Below, piece after piece: positions 34,791 to 45,349 of a stretch of 64,000 nt of DNA. The first letter of the stretch is position 1, and every line of letters starts with the position of its first letter. The stretch is from an uncultured Chloroflexia bacterium (GTDB lineage Bacteria; Chloroflexota; Anaerolineae; Anaerolineales; UBA4823). Both the position numbers and the translations under genes were made by a program. The notes under the pieces were generated by a model. It was not told the origin of the DNA, did not search any database, and saw only the letters and a program-made list of their open reading frames with translations. Location of the stretch: the NCBI GenBank assembly GCA_963726375.1, contig CAVSCE010000010.1, positions 30,351 through 94,350 on the forward strand, in the 5' to 3' direction.

Positions 34791-34998
34791 TGTTCGTTGC
34801 AGGCCGATGTTTCGGATTTTAGCTTCTGGCAAGCATGATCCTGTATCTGGTTGTGTCTGGAGAAAAGTCAACTGCTGGCAAAGCCAATTTTAATTATCTG
34901 CCGCAATGAGCCAGTCTCGTGCTGGTAATGGGTTTCAGCTTTTTTACCAAAAACCAACCACCAAGAACCAACCAGGAACAGTCGACCGCAATCACACT

Positions 34999-35126
34999 GC
35001 TAATTGCTAACTGCTAATTGCCAATAGCTAATTGCTAATACAACCAATACCAACAACCAACAACCAACAACCAACCACCAATAACCAACAACCAATAACC
35101 AATAACCAACAACCAACAACCAACCA
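34999..35126 (+). repeat. Heptamer tract, C/A-rich on + (about 18 units)
   Basis: gctaatt gctaact gctaatt gccaata ... accaaca accaata. Confidence 0.85.
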
Positions 35127-35137
35127 CCGCCCTTCTG

Positions 35138-35315
35138 TGGTATACTCCAACCTTCGGCTTGAAACGGGACAGCACTTGTCCGGTTTCGGGACGAAAGGGC
35201 TGAGGTTCGCCTTGGCTCAATCGATAATCCATCGCGACCCTCAATGCCCGCAAGGTCTCGCAGACCTTGCCTGTTCGGCCGCACGACATGACTTAAAGTC
35301 AATTAAGGACCTTTT
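35138..35315 (+). promoter_or_regulatory. Extended -10 promoter and long structured 5' leader of the DEAD-box helicase
   Basis: TGGTATACT at 35138-35146; stems CCTTCG/CGAAAGG, GAAAC/GTTTC, GGACA/TGTCC and GCAAGGTCT/AGACCTTGC. Confidence 0.55.
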
Positions 35316-36428
35316 GTGAGTTTTAACAATTTTGATTTATCCCCGCAGATCCTGCGGAGCGTTGCTGACCTCGGTTACACAACCCCCACCCCAATCCAGG
35401 AACAAGCCATCCCCCCCGTCCTTTCCGGACGAGACCTGCTCGGCCTGGCCCAGACCGGCACCGGCAAGACCGCCGCGTTCGTACTGCCGATCCTCCAGCG
35501 CCTGAGCAAGGGCCGCCGCGGCATCCCGCGCGCCCTGATCCTCTCCCCGACCCGCGAGCTTGCGGAGCAGACCCATTCCGTGATCCAGAAGCTCGGCCGC
35601 GGCACCGGGCTGCGCAGCCTGACGATCTACGGCGGCGTGAGCATCAAGCCGCAGATCAAAGGACTGCAGGCGGGCGCAGAAATCCTGGTCGCCTGTCCCG
35701 GCCGCCTGCTCGACCTGATCGGCCAGCGCCGCCTCGACCTGAGCCGGATCGAGATCTTCGTCCTGGACGAAGCCGACCGCATGTTTGATATGGGCTTTCT
35801 GCCCGACATCCGCCGCATCCGCCTCACCCTCCCGGCTGAGCGCCAGACGCTGCTCTTTTCGGCTACCATGCCCTCGGAAATCCGCGGGCTGGCCGACGAT
35901 TTCCTTCACGACCCGGTCAGAGTGGAGATCGGCGGCTCGCGTCCCGTCGAGACCGTCAGCCACACCCTCTACCCGGTCGACCGCAACCAGAAATCCGAAG
36001 TCCTGCTCGAGCTGCTCCAGCAGACCGGGAAGGGCCAGGTGCTCGTCTTCACCCGCACGAAACACCGCGCCAGCAAGCTCGCCCAGACCCTGGTCAAAGC
36101 CGGCTACTCGGCCACATCGCTGCAGGGCAACCTGACCCAGGCCCACCGCCAGAAGGCGATGGACAGCTTCCGCAGCGGGCGCGCCCGCGTGATGGTCGCC
36201 ACAGACATCGCCGCCCGCGGCATCGACGTGCTCCAGATTTCCCACGTGATCAACTACGACATGCCCGACACCGCCGACGCCTACACCCACCGGATCGGCC
36301 GCACAGGCCGCATGGCAAAATCAGGCGTCGCCCTCTCGCTGGTCACCCCGGATGACCTGGGGATGGTCCGCCAGATCGAGCGCACGATCGGCAAACCGAT
36401 GAAGCGCCAGCGGCTGGAATTCAACTAA
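35316..36428 (+). CDS. DEAD-box RNA helicase (RhlE-like, core only)
   Basis: Q motif, AQTGTGKT, PTRELA, DEAD, SAT, ARGID, HRIGRTGR. Confidence 0.95.
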   Translation: MSFNNFDLSPQILRSVADLGYTTPTPIQEQAIPPVLSGRDLLGLAQTGTGKTAAFVLPILQRLSKGRRGIPRALILSPTRELAEQTHSVIQKLGRGTGLRSLTIYGGVSIKPQIKGLQAGAEILVACPGRLLDLIGQRRLDLSRIEIFVLDEADRMFDMGFLPDIRRIRLTLPAERQTLLFSATMPSEIRGLADDFLHDPVRVEIGGSRPVETVSHTLYPVDRNQKSEVLLELLQQTGKGQVLVFTRTKHRASKLAQTLVKAGYSATSLQGNLTQAHRQKAMDSFRSGRARVMVATDIAARGIDVLQISHVINYDMPDTADAYTHRIGRTGRMAKSGVALSLVTPDDLGMVRQIERTIGKPMKRQRLEFN

Positions 36429-36502
36429 TAGCATTTCGCGGTTAGCAGTTAGCTGCATAGCTATAGCTGTTGGCAATTAGCAGTAAGCCGTATGCTGTTG
36501 GC
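36426..36502 (-). repeat. Heptamer tract, G/T-rich on +, starting at the helicase stop codon
   Basis: taatagc atttcgc ggttagc agttagc ... tgttggc aattagc agtaagc. Confidence 0.8.
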
Positions 36503-36835
36503 TTTTGAAATAATTTCCCCGAGTTAACAGTTAAGAACAGGAAGCTTGTTTTGAGCATTCAGCAAATCAAAGCAAGCTTCTATTCTTATTTTCATCCCAC
36601 CCTGAACAGAACGGATGCACGAATAAAATTGAATCACATCTATCCAGGGATTTCCGCCTGAAACGATCGACCGATAAGCAGCAAGCCTTTCAGAGCAGGT
36701 TTGGATATAATAATTCGCGGAATAGATAAACGCCTTGCTAATAGGACTGCGAGAGCAAGGCTCTCACGCATTTTTTTCAGAAACATCTGGTGAAAAATGC
36801 CAACCGCATCAGTCATTTCAGAAGGAGGAATATCG

Positions 36836-37360
36836 ATGGCCGATCGAACACCGATTGAGACCAAGAATCTCGACATCTACGGCAATGCTCCGCTGCCGTG
36901 GAGCAGGCCGCACGATCTCTTGGCTGCCGGCATCTTCTTCGGCAGACCTGCCTTCCTCGGCACGACGCGGCCGGATGGCCGCCCCCACGCCGCCGGGATC
37001 GGTACCCTCTGGATCGAAGGCGACATCTATTTCACGAGCGGACCGGGGACGCGCAAGTCCCGCAATCTGGCCGCGAATCCGGTCTGCACGATCTCCGCCA
37101 GCCTGGCGACCATCGACATCGTCCTCGAAGGCGAGGCGGTCAGGGTGACCGATGCGCCGACCCTGGAGCGGGTGGCTGCGCGCTGTCGGGAGGGCGGCTG
37201 GCCGGTGCAGGTCGAGGGCGACGCCTTCACGGCCCCGTACAGCGCCCCGAGCGCCGGCCCGCCGCCCTGGCACCTCTATCGCTTCACTTTCCACACCGCC
37301 ATCGGGAACGCCACGGCCGAGCCGCACGGCGCGACGCGCTGGCGATTCGAGCACGAATAG
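36836..37360 (+). CDS. Pyridoxamine 5'-phosphate oxidase-like flavin/F420-binding protein
   Basis: LGTTRPDGRPH, YFTSGPGTRKSRNLAANP, VLEGEA; AAGGAGG ribosome-binding site. Confidence 0.85.
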   Translation: MADRTPIETKNLDIYGNAPLPWSRPHDLLAAGIFFGRPAFLGTTRPDGRPHAAGIGTLWIEGDIYFTSGPGTRKSRNLAANPVCTISASLATIDIVLEGEAVRVTDAPTLERVAARCREGGWPVQVEGDAFTAPYSAPSAGPPPWHLYRFTFHTAIGNATAEPHGATRWRFEHE

Positions 37361-37533
37361 GTCGTTTAGAAAGACGACCACTGAACTGGTAACATGCCTT
37401 CATATCAAGGTGAAAAACTCGCCTTGCGGTGATCCGGCATGAATGCTTGGTTAAATCTGATGATGTTCGCAAACACTCGTGTTCTGTCTGTCCCCTTTTC
37501 AGATCGTTTAATCTTATTGACGGGACACGAGTT

Positions 37534-37600
37534 GCTAACCGCTAACCGCTAACCCTAACGCTAATGCTAATCGCTAATCGCTAACTGCTAACCGCTAACC
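37534..37600 (+). repeat. Heptamer tract (GCTAACC)n overlapping the 3' end of the minus-strand gene
   Basis: Supplies the last codons GVSG and the TAG of 37588..38316. Confidence 0.85.
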
Positions 37601-38316
37601 CCCTGCACCCTCTCCCTCAATTCCATCAGATGCTCCCAGCCGTGCTCGAGCATCCTGCGCATCATCCGCCTGGCGCTCCAGACCACCTGGCCGTGCGGGA
37701 CGCATTTCGTCATCTCGTCCGCAGACAGCTCCCCGATCCGCCGTTCGCTGATCTGAAAAACCTCACTCAACCCGAGCTCCAGCTCTTCCGGTCCGGCCTC
37801 GATCTGCCTGAGCGCTTCCTTGTGCCCCGGGATATGTCCGAGCTGGTAGCGCAGGTAGGTGGCTTCGGCATGCGCCGTGTGCTGCAGGATCCGGTAGATC
37901 GAGCGACCGCGTTCGGGCTCGGCTTCCAGGATGAACGGAGGCAGGTCTCCGGCATACTCGGCCAGGTCGCGGTGCAGCCAGCCCAGCCAGCGGCGGTACT
38001 TCTCGAGGTCGCCCGGCTCGAGCGGGTCGAAATCCGGGCTGAAGCCGGGCGCCGGGTCGCCGTAGCCGATCCACGGGCCTTCCATCACGTGTGCTTCAAC
38101 CCGGGTGCTGAACGCCGCCTCGGGGTCCAGCGCCTCGCCGCACCCGGCCAGGTAGCCCAGGTAGCGCCGGATTGCCTCCGGAGCCGCTTCCAGCGCTGCC
38201 TCGGTCGTCGGTCCCCGGCTGAAACAGCCGAGCAGCGCGATCACGTGGACCATCGTCGTCTTGCGGCGCGGTCCGGATTCCAGGTAGAGCGGGTATTCGA
38301 TCATATCCATATCCAC
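37588..38316 (-). CDS. HicB-like N-terminus plus DinB-like C-terminus protein
   Basis: GCFSRGPTTEAAL; ILQHTAHAEATYL; RRMLEHGWEH metal-binding His residues. Confidence 0.65.
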   Translation of the reverse strand: MDMDMIEYPLYLESGPRRKTTMVHVIALLGCFSRGPTTEAALEAAPEAIRRYLGYLAGCGEALDPEAAFSTRVEAHVMEGPWIGYGDPAPGFSPDFDPLEPGDLEKYRRWLGWLHRDLAEYAGDLPPFILEAEPERGRSIYRILQHTAHAEATYLRYQLGHIPGHKEALRQIEAGPEELELGLSEVFQISERRIGELSADEMTKCVPHGQVVWSARRMMRRMLEHGWEHLMELRERVQGVSG

Positions 38317-38565
38317 AGTAAACCGGAATTAGCCGAAGGTTCCTCCTGCGTATCCCCCAATCAGCAGGTACCTAACTTCGTGTTCGTTCAGCAATTTTAA
38401 GAGCTCTTTGAAGTCGGGAGGTAGCTGCATAGGTGCCATAAACCATCCGTCGCATCAATTCCATCGCTTCCAGCTTCTGGCCGGCTCGCTGCGGGTCTGC
38501 CCTCAGCAAGCCAGCCCGGTTTAGCGAACTCATTCGAGACCTCCCTCCCGATCCGGGTCCTCGAT

Positions 38566-40368
38566 TTACAAGCTGCAGTAGCGCTCGATCTGCGCTCCGA
38601 TCACCGCAAGGCTGTCGTCCCAGAATTTCCTGCTGCGGATGTCGATCCCAAACCGCAAGGCCAGGTCGGCGGCGCTGGCCTCCCCGGTCGAAGCGAGCAG
38701 GCGTTGATAGTCGCTCGTGAAGGCCGCCCCGCGCTGCTGGTAAACCGCATAAAGACCGATCCCGAACAGCAGCCCGAAAGAATACGGGAAATTATAAAAC
38801 GAGCGCGTCGCCGAGTAGTAGTGCGGCTTCCAGGCCCAGATATAGCGGTTCAAATAACGCTCGTCCAGCCCGTCGCCGTAGGCTGCGATCTGAGCTCGCT
38901 CCATCGCCTCGCACAGCTCCTCCGCCGAAAGGTCCGCCTTCTCCCGCTGGACGAACACCTCGGTCTCGAACAGGTAGCGCGAGTAGATGTCGACGATCAC
39001 CTGGCTGTGCCCGATCAGCTGGTTCTCCAGCACGGCCAGCTCCTCCCCGGGCGTGCGTGTCTGGCTGAGCATCGCCTGCCCGATGATCGTCTCGCACAGG
39101 ATCGAAGCGGTCTCGGCCAGCGTCATCGGCGTGGATTGCTGCAGGCTGGTCTTCCCAAACCGGAACATGCAGTCGTTGTGGAAGGCGTGCCCCAGCTCGT
39201 GGGCGATCGTCGAGACCTGGTCCAGGCTGCCGTCGAAGTTGCACAGCACGCGCGATTCCTTGACCCCGGCGATGTCCATGCAGAACGCCCCGCCGCGCTT
39301 GCCGTCGCGCATCTCGGCGTCGATCCAGCGCTGGTCAAAAGCCCGCTCCGCCAGGCGCCTCAGGTCTTCCGAAAAACCCCCGAACCGCTCCAGGATAAAA
39401 TCGCGCGCCTCTTCAAAGCTGTATTCGGCGGTTTTGTCGCCCGTTGGCGCCCACAGGTCCCACCACGCCAGCTTCTCTTTGCCGAGCCTGCGGGCCTTGG
39501 CGTGGAAATAGACCCGGAAGGTCGGGAGCGAATCGCGGATCGCTTCCAGCATCGCTTCCAGCGTCGGCCGGTCCAGGCGGGAGTTGTCGATCGCGCTGTG
39601 GACCGCGTCCTGCCTGCCCCTGCGCCGGTTGAGCACGTTGACCGCGCCCTTGATCCCGTTCATGCAGGCCGTCAGCGGCTCGCGCATCGAATCGAGCAGC
39701 TCGAGCTCTTTCTCGTGCCCCAGCCGTCGGACCGCTTCGTCGGGGTGCGTTTGCAGGTTGATGATCGCCGGCAGCGGCATCCGGGTCTTCTTCCCGTCAA
39801 TTTCAAGCTCCGCGCTCAGCTGCGACGTGATCGTCCCCTGCAGGTTGCTCCAGGCGGTCGAGCTGCTCTGGCTGAGCTCCGCTGCCAGGTTTTCTTCCGC
39901 CTCGCTCATCAGGTACTTCGCCTGATCGGCGGCCTCGCGCAGCGCAAAATCGTGGTCGCGCGCCGTCGGGTTTGAGGCGATCACCTCTTCCAGCGCCGGC
40001 CCCAGCGATCCGATCCAGGCTTCGAAGCGGTGGTAGAGCTGTCCAACGTGCACGTTGATCTTCTCGAACTCCGAGAGCCGCTTCCGGGCCAGCGAATTGT
40101 GCGAATCCGTGCTGACGAACGCGTAGATGAACGGCCCGATCGTTTCCTTCAGCTCAAACAGCGCGTTGAAGCGCTCGATCACCTCCCCGACCAGCCCGGC
40201 CAATTCCTTGATCGGTTTGTGAGCCTCGCTCCCCCGCACCCGCCGGTCAAACAGCGCCTCCAGCTGTTCGATCTGGCCAGAAAAATCCTCGACCGCGGCC
40301 TGGTATTCCTTAGATTCCAACCCGGGGTAAACGTTCGACAGGTCCCAACGTGCCGTAGTATTCGACAT
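38566..40368 (-). CDS. pepF: M3B oligoendopeptidase F
   Basis: WDLS.VYP, GKRGGAFC, TIAHELGHAFH, PMTLAETAS, FYNFPYSFG. Confidence 0.92.
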   Translation of the reverse strand: MSNTTARWDLSNVYPGLESKEYQAAVEDFSGQIEQLEALFDRRVRGSEAHKPIKELAGLVGEVIERFNALFELKETIGPFIYAFVSTDSHNSLARKRLSEFEKINVHVGQLYHRFEAWIGSLGPALEEVIASNPTARDHDFALREAADQAKYLMSEAEENLAAELSQSSSTAWSNLQGTITSQLSAELEIDGKKTRMPLPAIINLQTHPDEAVRRLGHEKELELLDSMREPLTACMNGIKGAVNVLNRRRGRQDAVHSAIDNSRLDRPTLEAMLEAIRDSLPTFRVYFHAKARRLGKEKLAWWDLWAPTGDKTAEYSFEEARDFILERFGGFSEDLRRLAERAFDQRWIDAEMRDGKRGGAFCMDIAGVKESRVLCNFDGSLDQVSTIAHELGHAFHNDCMFRFGKTSLQQSTPMTLAETASILCETIIGQAMLSQTRTPGEELAVLENQLIGHSQVIVDIYSRYLFETEVFVQREKADLSAEELCEAMERAQIAAYGDGLDERYLNRYIWAWKPHYYSATRSFYNFPYSFGLLFGIGLYAVYQQRGAAFTSDYQRLLASTGEASAADLALRFGIDIRSRKFWDDSLAVIGAQIERYCSL

Positions 40369-40483
40369 ATTCTCACTCCTGATGCGTATCAAAACCAAAA
40401 TCCCAGCCGATCATACAAGTATACCGAGATTCAATCCACCTGGAAACAGCCAACATCTATTTTCATAATGAGAATTTCCAGCC

Positions 40484-40630
40484 ACCAATCACCAACCGCC
40501 AGGCGCTGCTCGCTAATTGCCAATCGCTGCCCTTAAACACCTGCCCACGAATTACCAACAACTAACAAACTACCAACAACCAACTAACGCTAACTAACCA
40601 ACTAGCCAAGCTAACCGCTAACCGCCAACT
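40484..40630 (+). repeat. Heptamer-like C/A-rich tract overlapping the MFS stop codon
   Basis: accaaca actaaca ... gctaacc gctaacc gccaact; encodes LAVSG and the stop on the minus strand. Confidence 0.8.
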
Positions 40631-41807
40631 GCTGCTTTCTCTCCGGCAGCCTCCAGATCGCGAACACCGCCAGCAGCGAGAACCATGCCGCCCAGAACAT
40701 CGCCCGCTCCAACCCGATCGTGTCGCCCATAAAGCCGATTGCGACCGTCGCCAGCGGTCTCAAAGTAAAGCTTATCAGCATCCAGATCCCGTTTGCAGTC
40801 GCCCGGTTTTTTGGAAAATGCTCCTGGACGATCGCCAGGATCACCGGGTTGGTCGAGAGCGTCGTGAGCCCCAGCAGCACCAGCAGGACCAGCGTTGCGG
40901 CCCCGCTCGAGTTCAAGAACAAGATCGCCAGGCCGGCAGGGATCAGCGTCACCAGCGTCAGCACCTGTTTTCGTCCAAACCGGTCGCTCAGCGGACCGAT
41001 CGCCAGCACGCCGACGACGCCCGAAGCCATGTAGATCGAGAACGAAGCGCCTGCCACCCACAGGCTCGAGCCTTTCTGGCTCATGAACGTCGGCAGGTAG
41101 GTGCTCAGGCTCTCCATCAGCGGGTAGCGCAGCAGCGTGAAAGCCGCGATCGGCAGGAAGACCCTCGGCAGCTCCGGCAGTATCGCTCGGAAGCTCCCCG
41201 GTTTTTCCGGGCGGGCTGATAAGCCGCGCAGCTTGAAGAAAAGCATGATCGATGCCGCCCAGCCGAAGACCGAGATCCGCCAGAACCCTTCCAGCGTGTA
41301 GGTCGTCACCATGTAGACCGCCAGCAGCGGGCCGATCGCATAAGCCAGCTCGCCTGCCGCCATGAACAGGCTCATCCCCAGCCCGACCTGCCTCCCTGAA
41401 GCGCGCCCGACCAGCGCCGGCGCCGGCGCGTGGAACGCCGCCGTGCTCACCCCGGCGCAGAAAAGCAGGATCGCCAGGCTGGCGTAGGTTGGGGCCAGGC
41501 CGATCAGGCCGATGCAGGTCGCCGTGACTGCCGGCGCCAGGATCACAAAATAGCGGAAGCTGATCTTGTCCGCCATGTAGCCGATGAACGGGTTGAGCAC
41601 GCCCGGGATCTGCATGAAGGTCGTCAGCAGCCCGGCCTGGGTCAGGCTGAGCGAGAGCTTCTCGATCAGCACCGGAAGCAGCGGAGCGACGCTCGCGGTG
41701 TAGATGTCGTGTGTGACGTGCCCGACCAGCACAGGCACGACCTGCCCGGTCTGGAACCTGTCGAATTCTACCGGGCTCGCTGAAGTTGTCTCGGTGTTAA
41801 TAGTCAT
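40611..41807 (-). CDS. MFS transporter (Fsr-like)
   Basis: HVTHDIY...PLLP, AAFHAP, LSDRFGRK; about 12 TM helices. Confidence 0.88.
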   Translation of the reverse strand: MTINTETTSASPVEFDRFQTGQVVPVLVGHVTHDIYTASVAPLLPVLIEKLSLSLTQAGLLTTFMQIPGVLNPFIGYMADKISFRYFVILAPAVTATCIGLIGLAPTYASLAILLFCAGVSTAAFHAPAPALVGRASGRQVGLGMSLFMAAGELAYAIGPLLAVYMVTTYTLEGFWRISVFGWAASIMLFFKLRGLSARPEKPGSFRAILPELPRVFLPIAAFTLLRYPLMESLSTYLPTFMSQKGSSLWVAGASFSIYMASGVVGVLAIGPLSDRFGRKQVLTLVTLIPAGLAILFLNSSGAATLVLLVLLGLTTLSTNPVILAIVQEHFPKNRATANGIWMLISFTLRPLATVAIGFMGDTIGLERAMFWAAWFSLLAVFAIWRLPERKQQLAVSG

Positions 41808-41850
41808 GACCCCCTATTCTATCCCAAAACCTCATAGAAATTAAAAAGTA

Positions 41851-41884
41851 AGGACGTCTAAACATTCTCACGCTTAAACGTCCT
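41851..41884 (-). terminator. Intrinsic terminator after the rhodanese gene
   Basis: AGGACGT...ACGTCCT stem with an A-run on the left (U-tract on the minus strand). Confidence 0.55.
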
Positions 41885-41915
41885 GACCCTGGTTTGTGAA
41901 CAGTTGTTTTCAAAC

Positions 41916-41975
41916 AGCCAGCTGCATACCGCTAACCGCTAACAACTAACAACTATCAATCACAACCAACAACTA
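41916..41975 (+). repeat. Heptamer tract abutting the rhodanese stop codon
   Basis: gctaacc gctaaca actaaca actatca ... accaaca. Confidence 0.8.
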
Positions 41976-43731
41976 CTTCACCAGAGGTAGCTCAGCCGCT
42001 GCCCAGGCGCCAATTCCACCAGCCAGGTTGCGGACTTCCGTCCAGCCCAGCATGCGCAGGACCAGCAGGCCGATCCCGCCGCGGTGCCCGGACTGGCAGG
42101 TGAGCACGACCGGGGCCGCCTTCTCGGGCAGCAGGGTCATGTCGGCGAGCAGAGTGTTGATCGGCATATGTACGGAGCCTTCGATGTAGCCAGTGGCCCA
42201 TTCTTCGTCGGTGCGCAGGTCGACCACCAGCGGCTTGGTCTCGGAGGCCAGCTCGGTGTTCAGGTCGGCGGCTTTGACCGGTGAAGTATCCTTCCGGCAG
42301 GGCTGAGAAGAAAGCGTCCAGGTCGCGCAGGCGGGTCGGGTCCACCTCGGGTGCTGTACCGGCCGCAGGCGCCTCAGGAGCGCCAGTCTCGACGGGCAGC
42401 TCGGCCTTCTTCCAGGCGCCAATCCCGCCGGCCAGGTCCTTGACATCGGTATACCCCAGCACCTGCAGCGCTGCCATCGCCATTCCGCCGCGGTGGCCGG
42501 AAGCGCAGTAGACCACGATCGGTTGGTCGAGCGCGGGCAGCTTGTCCAGGTTCTTGAACAGTTCTTTGACCGGGATATGGACTGCGCCGGCGATGTAGCC
42601 GTCTGCTTCAAGCTCGGCAGCATCGCGGACGTCCAGCAGGAATGGCGCAGCTTCGACCATCTGTGTGTTCAGGTCAGCGGCCTTCACCGTGTAAAAGCCT
42701 TCAGGCAGCGCGGCCAGGTATTCGGACCACACCGTTTGCCAGTCCACCCAGCCGGCGACCGGCAGCTTGGCGGCTTTCCAGGCGCCCATGCCTCCGTTCA
42801 GGTTCGAGACGTTCTCCCAGCCCATCATTCTCAAGGCTGGCATCGCAAGCCCGCCCCGGTAGCCGGGAGCGCAGACCAGTCCGATCGGTTGGTCCTTGGC
42901 GGGGAGCTTGTCCAGGTTGGCCATCAGCTCGGCGAACGGGATGTTGACGCGCCTTTGATGTAGCCGTCTTTGTTCCATTCTTCAACCGTGCGCAGGTCGA
43001 TGATCGTCGGAGGAGTGCTCGAAGCGAGCGCTTCGTTGAACGCATCGGCCTTCATACCGTAGTAGCCTTCCGGCATCGCGGTCAGGCAACTTGTCGAAGG
43101 CGGTGAAGAGCGCCTGGTCCTCGACGATCGGGGTGCTGATCGCTTCGCCGGCCGGGGGCATCTCGCCGGTGACGGCTGGCTGGCTGGCCTTAAGCCATTC
43201 GCCCATCCCGCCGCTCAGGTTGCGTACATTCGTATAGCCGAGCGATGTCAGAATCGGTTCGCGATCCGCCGCGGTAGCCGGAAGCGCAGTAAACGACGAT
43301 CGGGTCGTCGAGCCCGGGCAGCTTGTCCAGGTTCTTCAGCAGCTCTTTGATCGGGACGTTCACCGCGCCGGCGATGAAACCGTCTTTCTCGATCTCGGCC
43401 GCGTCGCGTACGTCCAGCAGGAAGGGCGGCTTGTCGGCGAGCTCTTCACTGAGCGCCGGAGCGGTGACGGTCGCAAGCTTCTTGTCGGCGATCGTTGGGA
43501 AGGTCTCGGTGAAGACCGCTTCGAGGTCAAGTGGGACTTCGGTCGGAGCTGGCGGCTCGGTCGGAACCGCAGTGGGGATCGGGGCTTCGGTGGCTGCCGG
43601 AGCGGGCGCCTGCGGTCGCGACGACTGCGACGGTCGCCTGCACCTCTGCGGGGGCTGCCGGCACGCACGCGCCCAGCAGCATCGTAAGCGGCGATCATGA
43701 GTGCAAATAACGGGTACAGTTTCTTAATCAT
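41973..43731 (-). CDS. Lipoprotein with four tandem rhodanese (sulfurtransferase) domains (frameshifted)
   Basis: MIKKLYPLF...LLGAC lipobox, Pro/Ala/Thr linker, repeated LLDVR/DLRT...G.I.G, active-site loops YCASGYRG, VCAPGYRGG, YCASGHRGG, TCQSGHRGG, and NL.GG..AW. Confidence 0.85.
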
Positions 43732-43840
43732 CTTTCCTCCAATTTTTGTCTCTCTATATTTTGTTTCTCATAGTACCGGATTGAATGTTCGTTCTTTTTC
43801 CCTGGTAAATCATTGCGTCCTTCGCGTTCTTCGCGTTTCA

Positions 43841-45303
43841 TCACTGCTCTTCAGGGATCGCTTCCGGGATGGTCGGGACGACCACCGGCAGGTTCGCTTC
43901 CAGGAGCTCCGGGTTGACTTTATCCGCGGTCAGAAAAACATCCGGATTGCCGTGGCAGGCGTTGCAGCTCTCGGTTTGCGGCGTCTTCAGCTGGATGTTG
44001 TGCGGCGTGGCGTATTTCCAGGTCGGCAGCGAGTTGAAGTTCGGCTGCAGGTTCTCGCCGTAGTAGCTGAACCCGTCCGGCGTTGCCGGCACATGCCGCA
44101 CCGGGACGTATTTGTAAGGGCGGGTGTAGCTGCGGTCTGTGTTCAGCCCGATCAGGAACGTGAAATAGGTGGCTTCCGTCTCGAAATCGGGATTCCCGGT
44201 CTTGTCGCTGATCGCTACGTGGCAGCCGTCGCAGCTCGTGTAGGTGATCGAATGGCACACCTGGCAGGAGAGGTCGGCGCCGTGGACGGTGTGCATCTCG
44301 ATGTTGTCCTTGGCGAGCACGGCGCTCTGGTGGCAGGATTCGCAGGTCGGTGACTGCAGGCCCGCATAGCGGTGGTCGGCGGGTGCGAGCGCCATCTCTT
44401 CGGGCCCGGTGTGGCACTGCTGGCAGTCCGCCGGCTGCCCGTGCAGCTCGTGGTTGTCGTGGCAGTCCACGCAGTTCATCCGCCCCTCCCGGAAATGGAC
44501 ATCGCCTGGGAAGCCCTCGTTCTTGCCGAGGTATTCGTTGCCCACCCGGCTGCCATGGCAGGCGGCGAAGGAGCGTGGTCATCGGAGGCGTGCGGGTGAC
44601 GTTGTGACCGTCGAAAAGCCCCCCGCCCACGCTGACCGGCTGGCCGATGTGGCAGTCTCCGCACGATGCGTGACGAGCGCGCAGTGATTCCCGAACATCT
44701 CCTCCAGCTGCGGGTGATTTTCCGGGACGCTGCGCTGGTCCAGCACGGTCCAGTGGCCCTCCTGCGTGCTGTGCAGGCTGTGGGCGTAGACGGACGAAAC
44801 GTCATCGTGGCATTCGCTGCAGGCGTTCGGGTTCCTTCGCTCGGCTGTGCCGACGAGCCCTTCGTGGGCAGCTTCTTTGTCGGGGGACTGCTCACCCTTG
44901 TGGCAGTCCGTACAGGCGATATGGCCGTGTACGGTCTGGGGGAAGGTCTCGGCGTTCACCAGCACTTTTTCCCATGGCTCCGACGGAGCCACGCGCTCGC
45001 CGCCAACCCCTTTGGATTCAGATTTCGGTGGCTCCCTCGACCGGGTCAGCGGTCTCGATCAGCTGGTCCTTATCGGAATGGCATTTCAGGCATTCATCCG
45101 CAGGGGGGCCGGCTTCTTCGGCCGCGGCCGGAGCTTCCACCTGGGCAAGTACGGTTGCGATCACTGGCGCCAGCGGTTGCTCCAGGGAGACCGCAGCCTC
45201 GTGCCTCTGGCAGCCTGCCAGGACCAGCACTGCCGTCAGCAGCAGGCCTGATAATCGGATAATGCGCATTCGATTGGACTTTAAGTGCGGTTTGTTCGTC
45301 ATT
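43841..45303 (-). CDS. Multiheme cytochrome c lipoprotein, 10 clear plus about 2 disrupted CxxCH motifs (frameshifted)
   Basis: LAGC lipobox; CLKCH, CTDCH, CSECH, CGDCH, CVDCH, CQQCH, CESCH, CQVCH, CDGCH, CNACH; C-terminal WKYATPHNIQ. Confidence 0.85.
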
Positions 45304-45349
45304 TCACGAAGATTATATAAATAAAATGGTAGAGTAGCAAGTATCATTC

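Noticed and set aside
35000-35302. Hydrophobic WLLVVG-repeat membrane peptides
   Set aside because: These are translations of the heptamer tract, not credible genes.
37534-37600. Telomere-like or G-quadruplex repeat
   Set aside because: The resemblance to TTAGGG is superficial: the period is 7, G-runs are mostly two or fewer, and the tracts are internal and tied to gene ends.
45018-45020. Selenocysteine read-through in the multiheme cytochrome
   Set aside because: The downstream coding sequence is in a different frame. One indel near 45035 gives a continuous EEPPKSESKGVGGERVAPSEPWEK with no TGA. Worth rechecking after polishing.
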